DNA of 32,924 nt from Candidatus Firestoneibacteriota bacterium (GTDB taxonomy: Bacteria; Oederibacteriota; D2-FULL-39-29; JBBTED01): the NCBI GenBank assembly GCA_038042445.1, contig JBBTED010000142.1, positions 1-32,924 on the forward strand, read 5' to 3'. The notes below the pieces were generated by a model that was not told the DNA's origin, did no database searches, and saw only the letters and a program-made list of their open reading frames with translations. This document shows, in pieces, positions 1 to 9,589 of this stretch. Made by a program: the position numbers and the translations under genes. Every line of letters begins with the position of its first letter. Within the stretch, counting starts at the first letter, position 1.

Positions 1-55
1 CTATTGTTCCTACATTTATATGTGGCTTCTTTCTCTCAAATTTTTGCTTCGACAT
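1..55 (-). CDS. tuf: Elongation factor Tu, 5' end only (runs off the window)
   Basis: Reverse complement from ATG at 55 reads MSKQKFERKKPHINVGTI, the typical EF-Tu N-terminus. AGGAGG RBS at 64-69. Lies downstream of fusA. Confidence 0.96.
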   Translation of the reverse strand, partial: MSKQKFERKKPHINVGTI

Positions 56-74
56 TGTTTTTTCCTCCTGTTTA

Positions 75-227
75 ACTAAAAACGTAAAGCTAAAAGCAAA
101 AAATCATAATTCAAAATGACCTAAAAGGTCATCCTGAACGAAGTGAAGGATCTCGTTTTTAAAAAGAGATTCTTCGGCTAACGCCTCAGAATGACAAATT
201 TTACACTTTTCGTTTTACGTTTTGCGT
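75..227. repeat. Inverted heptamer arrays enclosing a long palindrome in the fusA-tuf gap
   Basis: Left array actaaaa/acgtaaa/gctaaaa/gcaaaaa (75-102); right array tttacac/ttttcgt/tttacgt/tttgcgt (200-227). tttacgt is the exact reverse complement of acgtaaa. Confidence 0.6.
128..195. repeat. 68-bp imperfect palindromic (REP-like) element
   Basis: GTCATCCTGA (128-137) pairs with TCAGAATGAC (186-195) with 1 mismatch; inner GAAGGATCTC/GAGATTCTTC with 1 mismatch; centre TTTTT-AAAAA. Confidence 0.8.
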
Positions 228-233
228 TATTTA

Positions 234-2333
234 TCATTTTGCTTTTGCTAATATTTTACCTTGTGATTTAGCTACTATTTCCTCTGAAATATTTTTTGGA
301 ACTTCTTCATACTGAAAAAATTGCATAGTATATGTGCCTCTACCCTGAGTTACAGAACGCAAATCAGTCGCATACCCAAACATTGTAGCTATTGGAACGA
401 AGCCCCTTATAACTTGTGCATTCCCTCTTTTGGACACCGTATCTATTCTTCCTCTGCGAGAATTTAATCCACCTATAACATCTCCCATATATTCCTCAGG
501 CACAACTACTTCTACATCCATTATAGGCTCAAGCAAAACCAAATCTGCTCTTTTAACACCATCTTTAAATGCCATTGAACCAGCTATTTTAAATGCCATT
601 TCAGAAGAATCTACATCATGATAGGACCCATCAAATAATGTAACTTGTACATCTACAATTGGATAACCTGCCAACACACCACCTTCAATTGCTCCTCTTA
701 TACCTTTATCTACAGGAGCAATATATTCCCTTGGTATAGATCCACCAACAATTTTATTTATAAAATTATATCCTTTATTTCTTTCTTGTGGTTCTACCTT
801 AATCCATACATGTCCATACTGCCCACGACCACCTGTTTGTCTTATATATTTACCTTCTGATTCTACAGAACGTTTTATTGTCTCTTTATATGCAACCTGT
901 GGCTTGCCAACATTTGCCTCAACTTTGAATTCTCTCTTCATTCTGTCAACTATAATTTCCAAATGCAATTCTCCCATTCCTGAAATTATAGTCTGACCTG
1001 TTTCTTCATCACCTTTAACTCTAAAAGTTGGATCTTCTTCAGCAAGCCTGTTTAATGCAACACCAAGTTTTTCCTGATCAGCTTTTGTCTTAGGCTCTAT
1101 TGCAACTGATATAACAGGTTCAGGAAAAAACATTGATTCTAAAACAATAGGCTTAGATTCATCACAAAGCGTATCGCCAGTAAATGTAACTTTTAAACCA
1201 ACTGCTGCAACAACATCACCCGCATATACTATATCTACATCTTCCCGTTTATTTGCATGCATCCTCAAAATTCTGCCTATACGTTCCCTCTCACCTTTAC
1301 TTGAATTATAAATATAAGACCCGGAATTCAACATTCCTGAATAAACACGAAAATACGTTAATTTTCCAACATACGGATCAGACATTATCTTGAATGCTAA
1401 TGCAGTAAATGCTTCATCATCTTTAGTGAATCTGTTCTCTTCAGCATTATTTTTAGGATTTATACCTTTAATAGGTGGTATATCTAATGGAGATGGCAAA
1501 TAATAAACAACAGCATCAAGAAGTGGTTGTACCCCTTTGTTTTTATATGATGAACCACACAACACTGGCACAATTGCAAATTTTAAAGTGGCTGCTCTTA
1601 CTGCTTTTCTTATTTCATCTTCAGTTAACTGTTTACCCTCTAAGTATTTACTCATAACAGCTTCATCATAATCTGCAACGGATTCTATTAACAATTCATG
1701 ATATTCTTTTGCTTTGACTACTAATTCTTGCGGTATATCTCTGTATTCAAATTTAGCACCTAAAGTTTCATCTAACCAAACTATTGCTTTCATAGTTATA
1801 AGATCAATAATTCCAATAAATTTATCCTCTGCTCCCAATGGTAATTGCAATAAAACTGGTTTAGCACCAAGCTTTTCTTTAATACTAGTTACTGAAGAGT
1901 AAAAATCTGCACCTATTCTATCCATCTTATTCAAATATGCAATTCGTGGAACTTCATATCTATCAGCCTGTCTCCAAACTGTTTCAGACTGAGGTTCAAC
2001 ACCAGCTACTGCATCAAATATAATAATAGCTCCATCTAAAACCCTGAGAGAACGTTCAACTTCCATTGTAAAATCAACATGACCAGGAGTATCTATTATA
2101 TTAACTCTGTAATCTTTCCAGAAACAAGTTGTTGCTGCAGATGTTATTGTTATACCACGTTCCTGTTCTTGTTCCATCCAGTCCATAGTAGTAGTTCCTT
2201 CATCAACATTACCAATTTTATATATCATACCTGTATAATATAAAACTCTCTCTGTAGTTGTTGTTTTACCAGCATCAATATGTGCTACAATACCTATGTT
2301 TCTGGTTTTTTCTAAAGAATATTCTCTACTCAT
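234..2333 (-). CDS. fusA: Elongation factor G
   Basis: [10 protein letters not shown]-loop, [30 protein letters not shown]; 699 aa; str operon context. Confidence 0.99.
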   Translation of the reverse strand: MSREYSLEKTRNIGIVAHIDAGKTTTTERVLYYTGMIYKIGNVDEGTTTMDWMEQEQERGITITSAATTCFWKDYRVNIIDTPGHVDFTMEVERSLRVLDGAIIIFDAVAGVEPQSETVWRQADRYEVPRIAYLNKMDRIGADFYSSVTSIKEKLGAKPVLLQLPLGAEDKFIGIIDLITMKAIVWLDETLGAKFEYRDIPQELVVKAKEYHELLIESVADYDEAVMSKYLEGKQLTEDEIRKAVRAATLKFAIVPVLCGSSYKNKGVQPLLDAVVYYLPSPLDIPPIKGINPKNNAEENRFTKDDEAFTALAFKIMSDPYVGKLTYFRVYSGMLNSGSYIYNSSKGERERIGRILRMHANKREDVDIVYAGDVVAAVGLKVTFTGDTLCDESKPIVLESMFFPEPVISVAIEPKTKADQEKLGVALNRLAEEDPTFRVKGDEETGQTIISGMGELHLEIIVDRMKREFKVEANVGKPQVAYKETIKRSVESEGKYIRQTGGRGQYGHVWIKVEPQERNKGYNFINKIVGGSIPREYIAPVDKGIRGAIEGGVLAGYPIVDVQVTLFDGSYHDVDSSEMAFKIAGSMAFKDGVKRADLVLLEPIMDVEVVVPEEYMGDVIGGLNSRRGRIDTVSKRGNAQVIRGFVPIATMFGYATDLRSVTQGRGTYTMQFFQYEEVPKNISEEIVAKSQGKILAKAK

Positions 2334-2343
2334 AATATTAACA

Positions 2344-2392
2344 TTTTGCAGTTTGCATTTTGCACTTTACATTTTAAATTTTGCATTTTAAT
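2344..2392. repeat. Tandem heptamer array (consensus TTTTGCA, 7 units) filling the rpsG-fusA gap
   Basis: ttttgca gtttgca ttttgca ctttaca ttttaaa ttttgca ttttaat, in exact 7-nt phase. Confidence 0.85.
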
Positions 2393-2394
2393 TG

Positions 2395-2865
2395 TTACCA
2401 CCTATAATGTGCAAATGCTCTATTTGCTTCAGCCATTTTGTGTGTATCTTCTCTCTTTTTCATTGCATTACCAGTTTTATTATATGCTTCACTCAATTCA
2501 CCTGCTAATCTTTCTTCCATCGTCTTTTCATTACGTCCTTTTGCAGAATCAACGAGCCATCGTATAGCTAATGTAATTCTCCTGTCTGCTCTCACATCCA
2601 CAGGAACCTGATAAGTTGCTCCACCAACTCTACGTGCTTTCACTTCAAGTACAGGCTTAATATTTTCTATTGCTTGCTTTAAAGCTGCAAGCTGAGGCAC
2701 ACCAACTTTTTGTGATGCAATATCCATTGCTGTATAAACTATTCTCTCAGCAATACTCTTCTTGCCTTCTTTTAAAATAGTATTTATAAGTTTCGCTATA
2801 ATTCTGTTTTTGTATTTTGGGTCTGCAGCTAATTCACGTTTAAAAACTTTTCCATGTCTTGACAT
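2395..2865 (-). CDS. rpsG: 30S ribosomal protein S7
   Basis: [37 protein letters not shown]; 156 aa. Confidence 0.99.
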   Translation of the reverse strand: MSRHGKVFKRELAADPKYKNRIIAKLINTILKEGKKSIAERIVYTAMDIASQKVGVPQLAALKQAIENIKPVLEVKARRVGGATYQVPVDVRADRRITLAIRWLVDSAKGRNEKTMEERLAGELSEAYNKTGNAMKKREDTHKMAEANRAFAHYRW

Positions 2866-2866
2866 A

Positions 2867-3271
2867 TTATTTTTTCTCTTGAACCACTTTTGGCGCCTCT
2901 ACTTTTGGAACTTTTGCACCATATTTTGAACGACACTGTTTTCTATCCTGAACACCTGAAGCATCAAGAGCACCTCTTATTATATGATATCTAACTCCAG
3001 GAAGATCTTTAATACGTCCGCCTCTAACCAATACTATTGAATGCTCCTGCAAATTATGTCCAACACCAGGAATATATGAAGTTACTTCAATGCCTGAAGT
3101 GAGTTTTACACGTGCTACTTTACGTAAAGCTGAATTAGGTTTTTTAGGAGTAGTGGTATAAACTCTAACACAAACACCACGACGTTGAGGTGACTGCATA
3201 AGTGCAGGTGCTTTACTTTTTTTCTTCACCTGCTTACGACCTGTTCTAATTAACTGTGCTATTGATGGCAT
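2867..3271 (-). CDS. rpsL: 30S ribosomal protein S12
   Basis: [34 protein letters not shown]; short extra C-terminal tail. Confidence 0.99.
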   Translation of the reverse strand: MPSIAQLIRTGRKQVKKKSKAPALMQSPQRRGVCVRVYTTTPKKPNSALRKVARVKLTSGIEVTSYIPGVGHNLQEHSIVLVRGGRIKDLPGVRYHIIRGALDASGVQDRKQCRSKYGAKVPKVEAPKVVQEKK

Positions 3272-3280
3272 CTTTTAAAT

Positions 3281-3308
3281 ACAAAAGGCGGGGTAGTCCG
3301 CCTTTTGT
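3281..3308 (-). terminator. Intrinsic-terminator-like hairpin ending 9 nt before the rpsL start codon
   Basis: ACAAAAGGCGG (3281-3291) / CCGCCTTTTGT (3298-3308) is a perfect 11-bp inverted repeat; on the minus strand the GC stem is followed by UUUUGUAUUU. Confidence 0.6.
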
Positions 3309-3414
3309 TTTCTAACTTAAGCGTATTATTATTGCTAATAAATACTTACCCTTAAATCACCCCCTAAAAAATTTTTATAAGTGGGTGAAAACTAATCAAT
3401 GTAAGCAAATGTGG

Positions 3415-3443
3415 ATTTTATCTTTTTTGTTCAATTTTGTCAA
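3415..3443 (-). promoter_or_regulatory. Sigma70-type promoter of the str operon
   Basis: Minus strand TTGACA (3443-3438), 17-nt spacer, TAAAAT (3420-3415). Confidence 0.85.
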
Positions 3444-3478
3444 TACTTTTTTTAATATTTTTTAATTTATTTTTAGCA

Positions 3479-4696
3479 TTAAAATTCTGCTTGAAAACAT
3501 ACATCTTTTCCTGATCCCTTTGCTTCTATGGCTTTTTCATAAACATCAAAATATTGCTTAGCTATAAGTTCCCAATTTACTTTATTCTCCAGGTACCATT
3601 TTAAATTATCTCCTAATTTTCGTCTCAATTTTTCATTAGAAGCCATAGTTATTATACTTCGTCTAAGTGATTCTTTATTTGTAAAAAGCAACCCTCCTTC
3701 ACTTTCGAGAGTTTGAGAAGTCAAACCTTCCATAGGAGCTGTAGTTATATAAGGAGTATTGGTTGCTATGACTCTTGCTAACGTACCTGATTGGGTTTCG
3801 TCTATTGAAGGAAGAACTATAAAATCACATATTTCCATTATTTTGTAATATTTTTCTCCACGTGGTTCAAACTTATAATGTTTAGCAATTCCTTTTTCTT
3901 CTAATTTTTTTAATTTTTCTATCCATTCAATATAATCTTTATGATGCGCAGAATCTCGCATGTCTCCTGCAGCAAAAAGAAACCAATTTTCTTTTGTTCT
4001 TCCAAAAATTATTTCTTCCAATTCTTTCCACATATTTATAACAATATCCCACCTTTTATTGCTTTGTACCCATCCAACAAGCCCAACTATTTTTCTATTT
4101 ATTAATTCTTCAAACCCTAATTCATTTTTTAATTTATTTATTTCGTCGTCTCCAACTCTTCTATCTAATCTTGCACCATGTGGAATAACAGTAACTTTTT
4201 GCAACAATTGATTTATCTTGTCTTGGAATGTCCAGGACAATCTCCATTTCTGATAATCGCATTTTAATATTAAAACAGTACATCGTTTCAACAATTCTTC
4301 AATGAAATATTCTTCTTTTTCTTTTAGTCTTCCATGAACAGTATGTGCTTCAATTACTGTAGGATATTCCTTTATTAAATCAAGTAATTTAATAAAACCT
4401 AAATTGTTATCGATTTCTCCTCTTTCATCAATATAATTATATAAACCATATTCATGCTGGATATGAATAACATCAGGATTAATATTCTTTATCTCTTTCG
4501 CAACAGATTCATACCAATTTTTATTTTTCACATCTATAACAGGATGTACATTCTCCCCTTCACCATCCAAATGTGAAATAATATCAACTTTTATATCAGA
4601 ACGTTCTTTTTTAATAAACTCTATTGCTTCTTCAACAAAAGTTGCTATTCCACAAAATCGTGGAGGATAACTACTTATTACTAATAATGTTTTCAT
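3479..4696 (-). CDS. Glycosyltransferase family 4 (GT-B)
   Basis: SSYPPRFCGIATF, HIQHEYGLY, VIPHG, SGTLA motifs shared with the neighbouring GT4. Confidence 0.85.
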   Translation of the reverse strand: MKTLLVISSYPPRFCGIATFVEEAIEFIKKERSDIKVDIISHLDGEGENVHPVIDVKNKNWYESVAKEIKNINPDVIHIQHEYGLYNYIDERGEIDNNLGFIKLLDLIKEYPTVIEAHTVHGRLKEKEEYFIEELLKRCTVLILKCDYQKWRLSWTFQDKINQLLQKVTVIPHGARLDRRVGDDEINKLKNELGFEELINRKIVGLVGWVQSNKRWDIVINMWKELEEIIFGRTKENWFLFAAGDMRDSAHHKDYIEWIEKLKKLEEKGIAKHYKFEPRGEKYYKIMEICDFIVLPSIDETQSGTLARVIATNTPYITTAPMEGLTSQTLESEGGLLFTNKESLRRSIITMASNEKLRRKLGDNLKWYLENKVNWELIAKQYFDVYEKAIEAKGSGKDVCFQAEF

Positions 4697-4712
4697 AATT
4701 TTTTAAACCTTT

Positions 4713-6995
4713 TTAAATCAATTCTATATATGCAGATAAATAAGCAAGTACAGACTCTGCACCTTGATTACGATTTATTCCAAATGCATACAAACCATCA
4801 AAACATCCGCCACTTACTGCATCATACATTACTTGTTTTGAAGAATTCTTTCCAAAAAACCAATTAAAACTTATCCATGCTTTATCATAATAATGCTTTT
4901 GTTTTGTAACTTTATATGCAGTAAGAAAAGCTTCAACCATACAACCTGCATCTATTGGTTGCTGATCGTAAAAAGATCTATCGCCATCTTTTTCATACCA
5001 TTCTTCATTCCCAATAAGTACCAATTCCCCATTTATAATTAAAATATCGGATAAGAAATTTATGCTCTTTGTAGCAACTTCTAAATATTTTTTTTCTTTT
5101 GTTATTTCAAATGCACAAAAAAGAGCCTGAGGCAATCTTCCATTAGCATAAGTTAAATAGGCTTCAAACCAATTCCAATCTGAAGTTTCTGTTTCTTTAT
5201 ATCGTCTTACTAATATATCTGACAATTCTTTTATTTTTTCTAAAATATGTGTTTGTGGAACTCTTTCATAACATGCACTTAATCCCATAATAACAAAAGC
5301 AATTGCCCTCAAAGAAGTCATATTAGAAAGTTTGGATATAACATCATCAAATAAATTTTTTGCCATTTCACTTATTGAAGAATCAATTTGGGAATAATAT
5401 GTGTAACCTAAAGCCCATATAGAACGACCTATTGAATCTTCAGAACCAACTTCATCCAACCAACGTCTATCATATCCCATAAAATTGTGAAATTTTCCAT
5501 CTCCAATATAAGCATAATGTATAAAACTTAAATATGTATTTATCAAAGAAAAAATTTCTTTGTCAGAATGCTGTTTATAATATTTAATTAAACATATTAA
5601 CGCTCTGGCATTATCGTCCACACAATAACCAGTTTTTTTATCAGGAACACTAAATATTGCATGTTGAATAATTCCTGTATCATCTGTCAACCTTTTCAAA
5701 TGAGTCAATTTTAAAGGCGGATACCCTTGTAAAAATAAAACAGTTTTTACAGCCACTTCTCCTACTTCTGCTTTTGTCCTTTCTGTTGTCTTCTTCAATG
5801 CAAATCTCAATTTGTTTTTAATATTAACTTCTATATAAGTCAATTTTGTTTTTATTAATGCAAGAATGTTAATCCTTCTAAAAAGTTTCACATATTCTTT
5901 TCCAACGTTTATCCATATCATATGTCTACCCAATTTATATGCATTCCTTTGTATAGTATTTTTAAAATTTACATCCCCAAGAATTTGATTAACTGCAAGA
6001 GCAATTGAATCTGAGTCTTTAAATGGAACTAAAAGCCCTCTATTATTTGCCAACATTTCTCTGGCATATATAAATGGAGTTGATACAGTTGCCCTCCCTG
6101 CCCCAATAGCATAAGCTAATGTACCACTAGATATCTGTTCCATCTGAAGATAGGGAATTATATATATATCCGTAGCAATCAAATATTTAATCAATTCATC
6201 ATAAGGTAAAAATCTATTTTGAAATTGAACATATTCTTCTAATTTCAATTCTTTCACTCTATTCTCAAGTAATTCTCTGTAATTCTCTCCCTCTTGTCTT
6301 TTCACTTGTGGATGAGTAGCACCTAAAATTAAATATAAAATATTAGGGTGTTCATTAATAATTTTAGGAATTGCCTCAATAGCATACTCTATACCTTTTC
6401 CTTTGTTTATAAGTCCAAAAGTAGATAAAACTATTTTATTTTCCAATCCTAATATTTTTTTAACACGTTCAGGAGGATAAAAATGCAGTTCTGGGACACC
6501 ATGAGGAATCACAAAAATCTTTGAAGGCTTTAGTCCATATTGTTGAATTAAAAGTTTAGCGGCATATCCAACTAAAACTACAATTGCATCACTGTATTTT
6601 CCAATATCATGGACAACTTTTTTCATCTTTGCAGAAGGTTCAGATAATACTGTATGCAAAGTAACAACTATTGGCTTTTTTATTTTTTCTATAAATGGAA
6701 TAATATATTCCCCTTCTTCGCCGCCAAACAACCCGAATTCATGCTGAATATTTACCAAATTTAAATCTAACTTGTTAATATAATCTGCTGCTTTAACATA
6801 ACTTTGAAAATCCGATTGAATAATTTTACACTGTATACTTGAACCATACTCATAAGAAGAACCATCATCAATTACCGGAATAATTTCAGCTTTGTTTAAT
6901 GGATTGAATTTTGCAACAGCATTAACTAAATCTGCAGTAAATGTAGCAATTCCACACCGTCTTGGAGGATAACTTGCTACATATCCTATATACAT
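4713..6995 (-). CDS. GT4 glycosyltransferase fused to a C-terminal glycosidase-like (alpha/alpha barrel-type) domain
   Basis: N-half: SYPPRRCGIATF, QHEFGLFGG, IPHGVP, SSGTLAYA. C-half: TDDTGIIQHA, GYCVDDNARA, YDQQPID, NRNQGAES. Start moved from 7076 to ATG at 6995 (AGGA upstream; aligns with the paralog N-terminus). Confidence 0.8.
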   Translation of the reverse strand: MYIGYVASYPPRRCGIATFTADLVNAVAKFNPLNKAEIIPVIDDGSSYEYGSSIQCKIIQSDFQSYVKAADYINKLDLNLVNIQHEFGLFGGEEGEYIIPFIEKIKKPIVVTLHTVLSEPSAKMKKVVHDIGKYSDAIVVLVGYAAKLLIQQYGLKPSKIFVIPHGVPELHFYPPERVKKILGLENKIVLSTFGLINKGKGIEYAIEAIPKIINEHPNILYLILGATHPQVKRQEGENYRELLENRVKELKLEEYVQFQNRFLPYDELIKYLIATDIYIIPYLQMEQISSGTLAYAIGAGRATVSTPFIYAREMLANNRGLLVPFKDSDSIALAVNQILGDVNFKNTIQRNAYKLGRHMIWINVGKEYVKLFRRINILALIKTKLTYIEVNIKNKLRFALKKTTERTKAEVGEVAVKTVLFLQGYPPLKLTHLKRLTDDTGIIQHAIFSVPDKKTGYCVDDNARALICLIKYYKQHSDKEIFSLINTYLSFIHYAYIGDGKFHNFMGYDRRWLDEVGSEDSIGRSIWALGYTYYSQIDSSISEMAKNLFDDVISKLSNMTSLRAIAFVIMGLSACYERVPQTHILEKIKELSDILVRRYKETETSDWNWFEAYLTYANGRLPQALFCAFEITKEKKYLEVATKSINFLSDILIINGELVLIGNEEWYEKDGDRSFYDQQPIDAGCMVEAFLTAYKVTKQKHYYDKAWISFNWFFGKNSSKQVMYDAVSGGCFDGLYAFGINRNQGAESVLAYLSAYIELI

Positions 6996-7125
6996 CTTAG
7001 TCCTATATAATTTTAATGTGTTTAATAAACCTATACTCATAATTAATATAATATACAAAAAATTATTAAAAAACAAGAAATTTAGATTGATTTATTTCTT
7101 TAGAATTGGTGAATATTTTAGTAGT

Positions 7126-7182
7126 GGTAACCGCAAGCTTTATCTTGCGAGAAAAAACCGCAGGCTAAAGCCTGCGACTACC
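7126..7182. repeat. Inverted REP-like doublet (GTAG type)
   Basis: GGTAACCGCAAGCTTTATCTTGCG (7126-7149) faces CGCAGGCTAAAGCCTGCGACTACC (7159-7182; reverse complement GGTAGTCGCAGGCTTTAGCCTGCG). Each unit is itself a hairpin. Confidence 0.8.
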
Positions 7183-7220
7183 TTTATGAGACAATCCAAA
7201 TGACGTAATTCAATGAATTT

Positions 7221-8093
7221 TTATCTTCCTGAAATCAAATTTTCTGATATTTTTTCTAAACTTGCTATCCTTCTACCTAAAGTAGGATGTGTGCTGAATA
7301 AATTTACAAAAAAACTTTCTTTCATTGGATTAACAATAAACAAAGATGCTGTAGACGGTGTAGTATTTAGTATAGGATTTTTTTTTGCACCTTCTGAAAT
7401 TTTTTGCAAAGCATTGATCAAGGACTGAGGTCTTTCAGTCAAACGTGCAGCACTTTCATCAGCACTATATTCCCGTGAACGCGAAATTGCTAGTTGAACT
7501 ACAACCGCTGCTAATGGCGCCAATATTGCAAGAGCCAAAAACACTATAGGATTAGACCCACCCCTATCATTATCTCTATTTCCTCCCATTCCACCAAACA
7601 TTGCAGCCCATTGTGCCATATATGCCAAATGAGATATAGCTCCGGCAATTGCAGCCGCTGAAGTAGCAATTAATATATCACGATTTTTTATATGCGATAA
7701 TTCGTGTGCCAAAACAGCTTCAATCTCATCTTTTGTTAACATCTCTAATAAACTTGGACTAACTGCTACAGCTGAATGTTCTGGATTTCTTCCTGTAGCA
7801 AAAGCATTTGGCACAGGCATTTTTAAAACATACAATTTTGGCATTGGTAAATCAGCTTTTGTAGTTAAATTTCTGACTGTTTTAAAATAGGTTGAATATT
7901 CTGCTTCATTTGCTTCTTTTGCACCATACATCTTCAATATTATTTTATCTGAAAACCAATACACTCCAAAATTCATAACAAACGCAAAAAGCAACGCAAA
8001 AGTCATTCCATTTACGCCACCTATAAATCTACCTATTCCCATTAAAAGCAAAGTAAGTGCAAACATCAAAACAAAAGTTTTAAAATAATTCAT
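7221..8093 (-). CDS. htpX: Zinc metalloprotease HtpX (M48)
   Basis: PNAFATGR, AHELSH (HExxH), ISRSREYSAD, LFSTHP; several TM segments. Confidence 0.95.
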   Translation of the reverse strand: MNYFKTFVLMFALTLLLMGIGRFIGGVNGMTFALLFAFVMNFGVYWFSDKIILKMYGAKEANEAEYSTYFKTVRNLTTKADLPMPKLYVLKMPVPNAFATGRNPEHSAVAVSPSLLEMLTKDEIEAVLAHELSHIKNRDILIATSAAAIAGAISHLAYMAQWAAMFGGMGGNRDNDRGGSNPIVFLALAILAPLAAVVVQLAISRSREYSADESAARLTERPQSLINALQKISEGAKKNPILNTTPSTASLFIVNPMKESFFVNLFSTHPTLGRRIASLEKISENLISGR

Positions 8094-9058
8094 TTTAATA
8101 TTCCTCCTATTTTTACATTATGCCCATGCAGAAATTCATCTACACTCATAGCTCTTTTTCCTGCAGGTTGAATTTTTTTAATCAACAAACAATTTTCTCC
8201 AGTTGCAATTAGTAACCCTGTTCCTTTAATTATTTCAATAATTTCCCCAGGCTTTTTGACAATATCTTTTTCTATTGTTTCAGCTTCTAATATTTTTATT
8301 AAAACGTCGTTTAATTTCCTGTTTATGGTCTGTCTTCTTTCACCAGACCATAATTTTGTAAAAGTACCTGGCCAAGGATTAAAAGCTCTTATTAAATTAT
8401 ATATTTCTATTGCTGATTTATTCCAATCTATAGCACTATTAAAACGTTTAAGCAATGGCGCGTATGTCCCTAAACTATTATCTTGCTTAATTCTTGGAAC
8501 ATTACCGTTTTTAATCAACCCTATTGTTTCTTTTAGAAGTATTGCCCCTTCTTCAGCTAAACGTTCGCTCAAAATTTCATACGTATCTGTAAATTTTATA
8601 TCAACTGAACGCTGAAGCATTATATCACCGCTATCAACAGCGTCAATTAAAAAAATTGTAGTAACGCCTGTAGTTTTTTCACCATTTGCAATAGCCCATT
8701 GAATTGGAGCAGGCCCCCTATATTTAGGAAGAAGTGATGGATGCAAATTTATACAACTGTTTTTTGGATAATTTAAAACTTCATTTGAAAGAATTTGTCC
8801 AAATGAAACTACCACTATAAGTTCTGGAACTAAAGTTTTTAATTTAGATAAAAACTCTGGTGTGTTTACTGAGTCCTGTTGAAAAACCGGCAATTTCAAT
8901 TCAAGTGCAACCTCTTTAATTAAAGGAGCTTTTAATTGCAAACCTCTACCAGCAGGTTTATCTGGCTGACATACAACTCCAATAATATTTTCAGATTTAT
9001 TCAGAATTTTTAAACCTGGAATTGAAAACTTAGAAGACCCAAAAAAAAGAATTTTCAT
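8090..9058 (-). CDS. fmt: Methionyl-tRNA formyltransferase
   Basis: QPDKPAGRG, INLHPSLLPKYRGPAPI, IRAFNPWPG; follows def. Confidence 0.97.
   Translation of the reverse strand: MKILFFGSSKFSIPGLKILNKSENIIGVVCQPDKPAGRGLQLKAPLIKEVALELKLPVFQQDSVNTPEFLSKLKTLVPELIVVVSFGQILSNEVLNYPKNSCINLHPSLLPKYRGPAPIQWAIANGEKTTGVTTIFLIDAVDSGDIMLQRSVDIKFTDTYEILSERLAEEGAILLKETIGLIKNGNVPRIKQDNSLGTYAPLLKRFNSAIDWNKSAIEIYNLIRAFNPWPGTFTKLWSGERRQTINRKLNDVLIKILEAETIEKDIVKKPGEIIEIIKGTGLLIATGENCLLIKKIQPAGKRAMSVDEFLHGHNVKIGGILK
8323..8353. repeat. Palindromic element inside the fmt coding sequence
   Basis: TTATGGTCTG (8323-8332) / CAGACCATAA (8344-8353) perfect 10-bp arms with an 11-nt loop; 22/26 identical to the intergenic copy at 16999-17024. 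Confidence 0.75.
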
Positions 9059-9064
9059 ATCAAA

Positions 9065-9580
9065 CTAAGCACCATGTGTTAAACGCAATAACTCTTTTAA
9101 TTGTTTATTTAAACTTAATCTTTTTAAAAATTTCATATGTTCTATGAATAATATACCATTTAGGTGGTCAATTTCATGCTGAAATGCACGTGCTAATAAT
9201 TCCACTCCTTCCATCTCAAAATCTTTACCATTCAAATTCGTAGCTTTGACAATAACTTTCTTTGCTCGCTCAACTTCTCCTGTTATATTTAAAAAACTCA
9301 AACATCCTTCTTCCGCTATTATCTTACCTTCCATTTTAATTATTTCTGGATTAATTAATACTAAAATGTCTTTTTTTCGTTCTCCTCTGCTTGTATCTAT
9401 AACACAAAGCTTTTTGTCAACACCAACTTGATTTGCAGCCAAACCTACACCATGTTGATTATGCAAAGTTTCAATCATATCCTTAACCAATTTATGGATA
9501 TGAGAATCTATTTTCAAAACAGGCTCTACTTTTTTCTTTAGTATAGAATCCCCATATGTTCTTATTTTTAAAATTGCCAT
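9065..9580 (-). CDS. def: Peptide deformylase
   Basis: GVGLAANQVG, EGCLS, QHEIDHLNG motifs. Confidence 0.98.
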   Translation of the reverse strand: MAILKIRTYGDSILKKKVEPVLKIDSHIHKLVKDMIETLHNQHGVGLAANQVGVDKKLCVIDTSRGERKKDILVLINPEIIKMEGKIIAEEGCLSFLNITGEVERAKKVIVKATNLNGKDFEMEGVELLARAFQHEIDHLNGILFIEHMKFLKRLSLNKQLKELLRLTHGA

Positions 9581-9589
9581 ATTAGATTT

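Noticed and set aside
6996..7076. N-terminal extensions given by the ORF track (also 10795-10842, 25856-25870, 29018-29041, 29799-29843)
   Set aside because: Downstream ATGs have RBS or stop/start overlaps and better match family N-termini.
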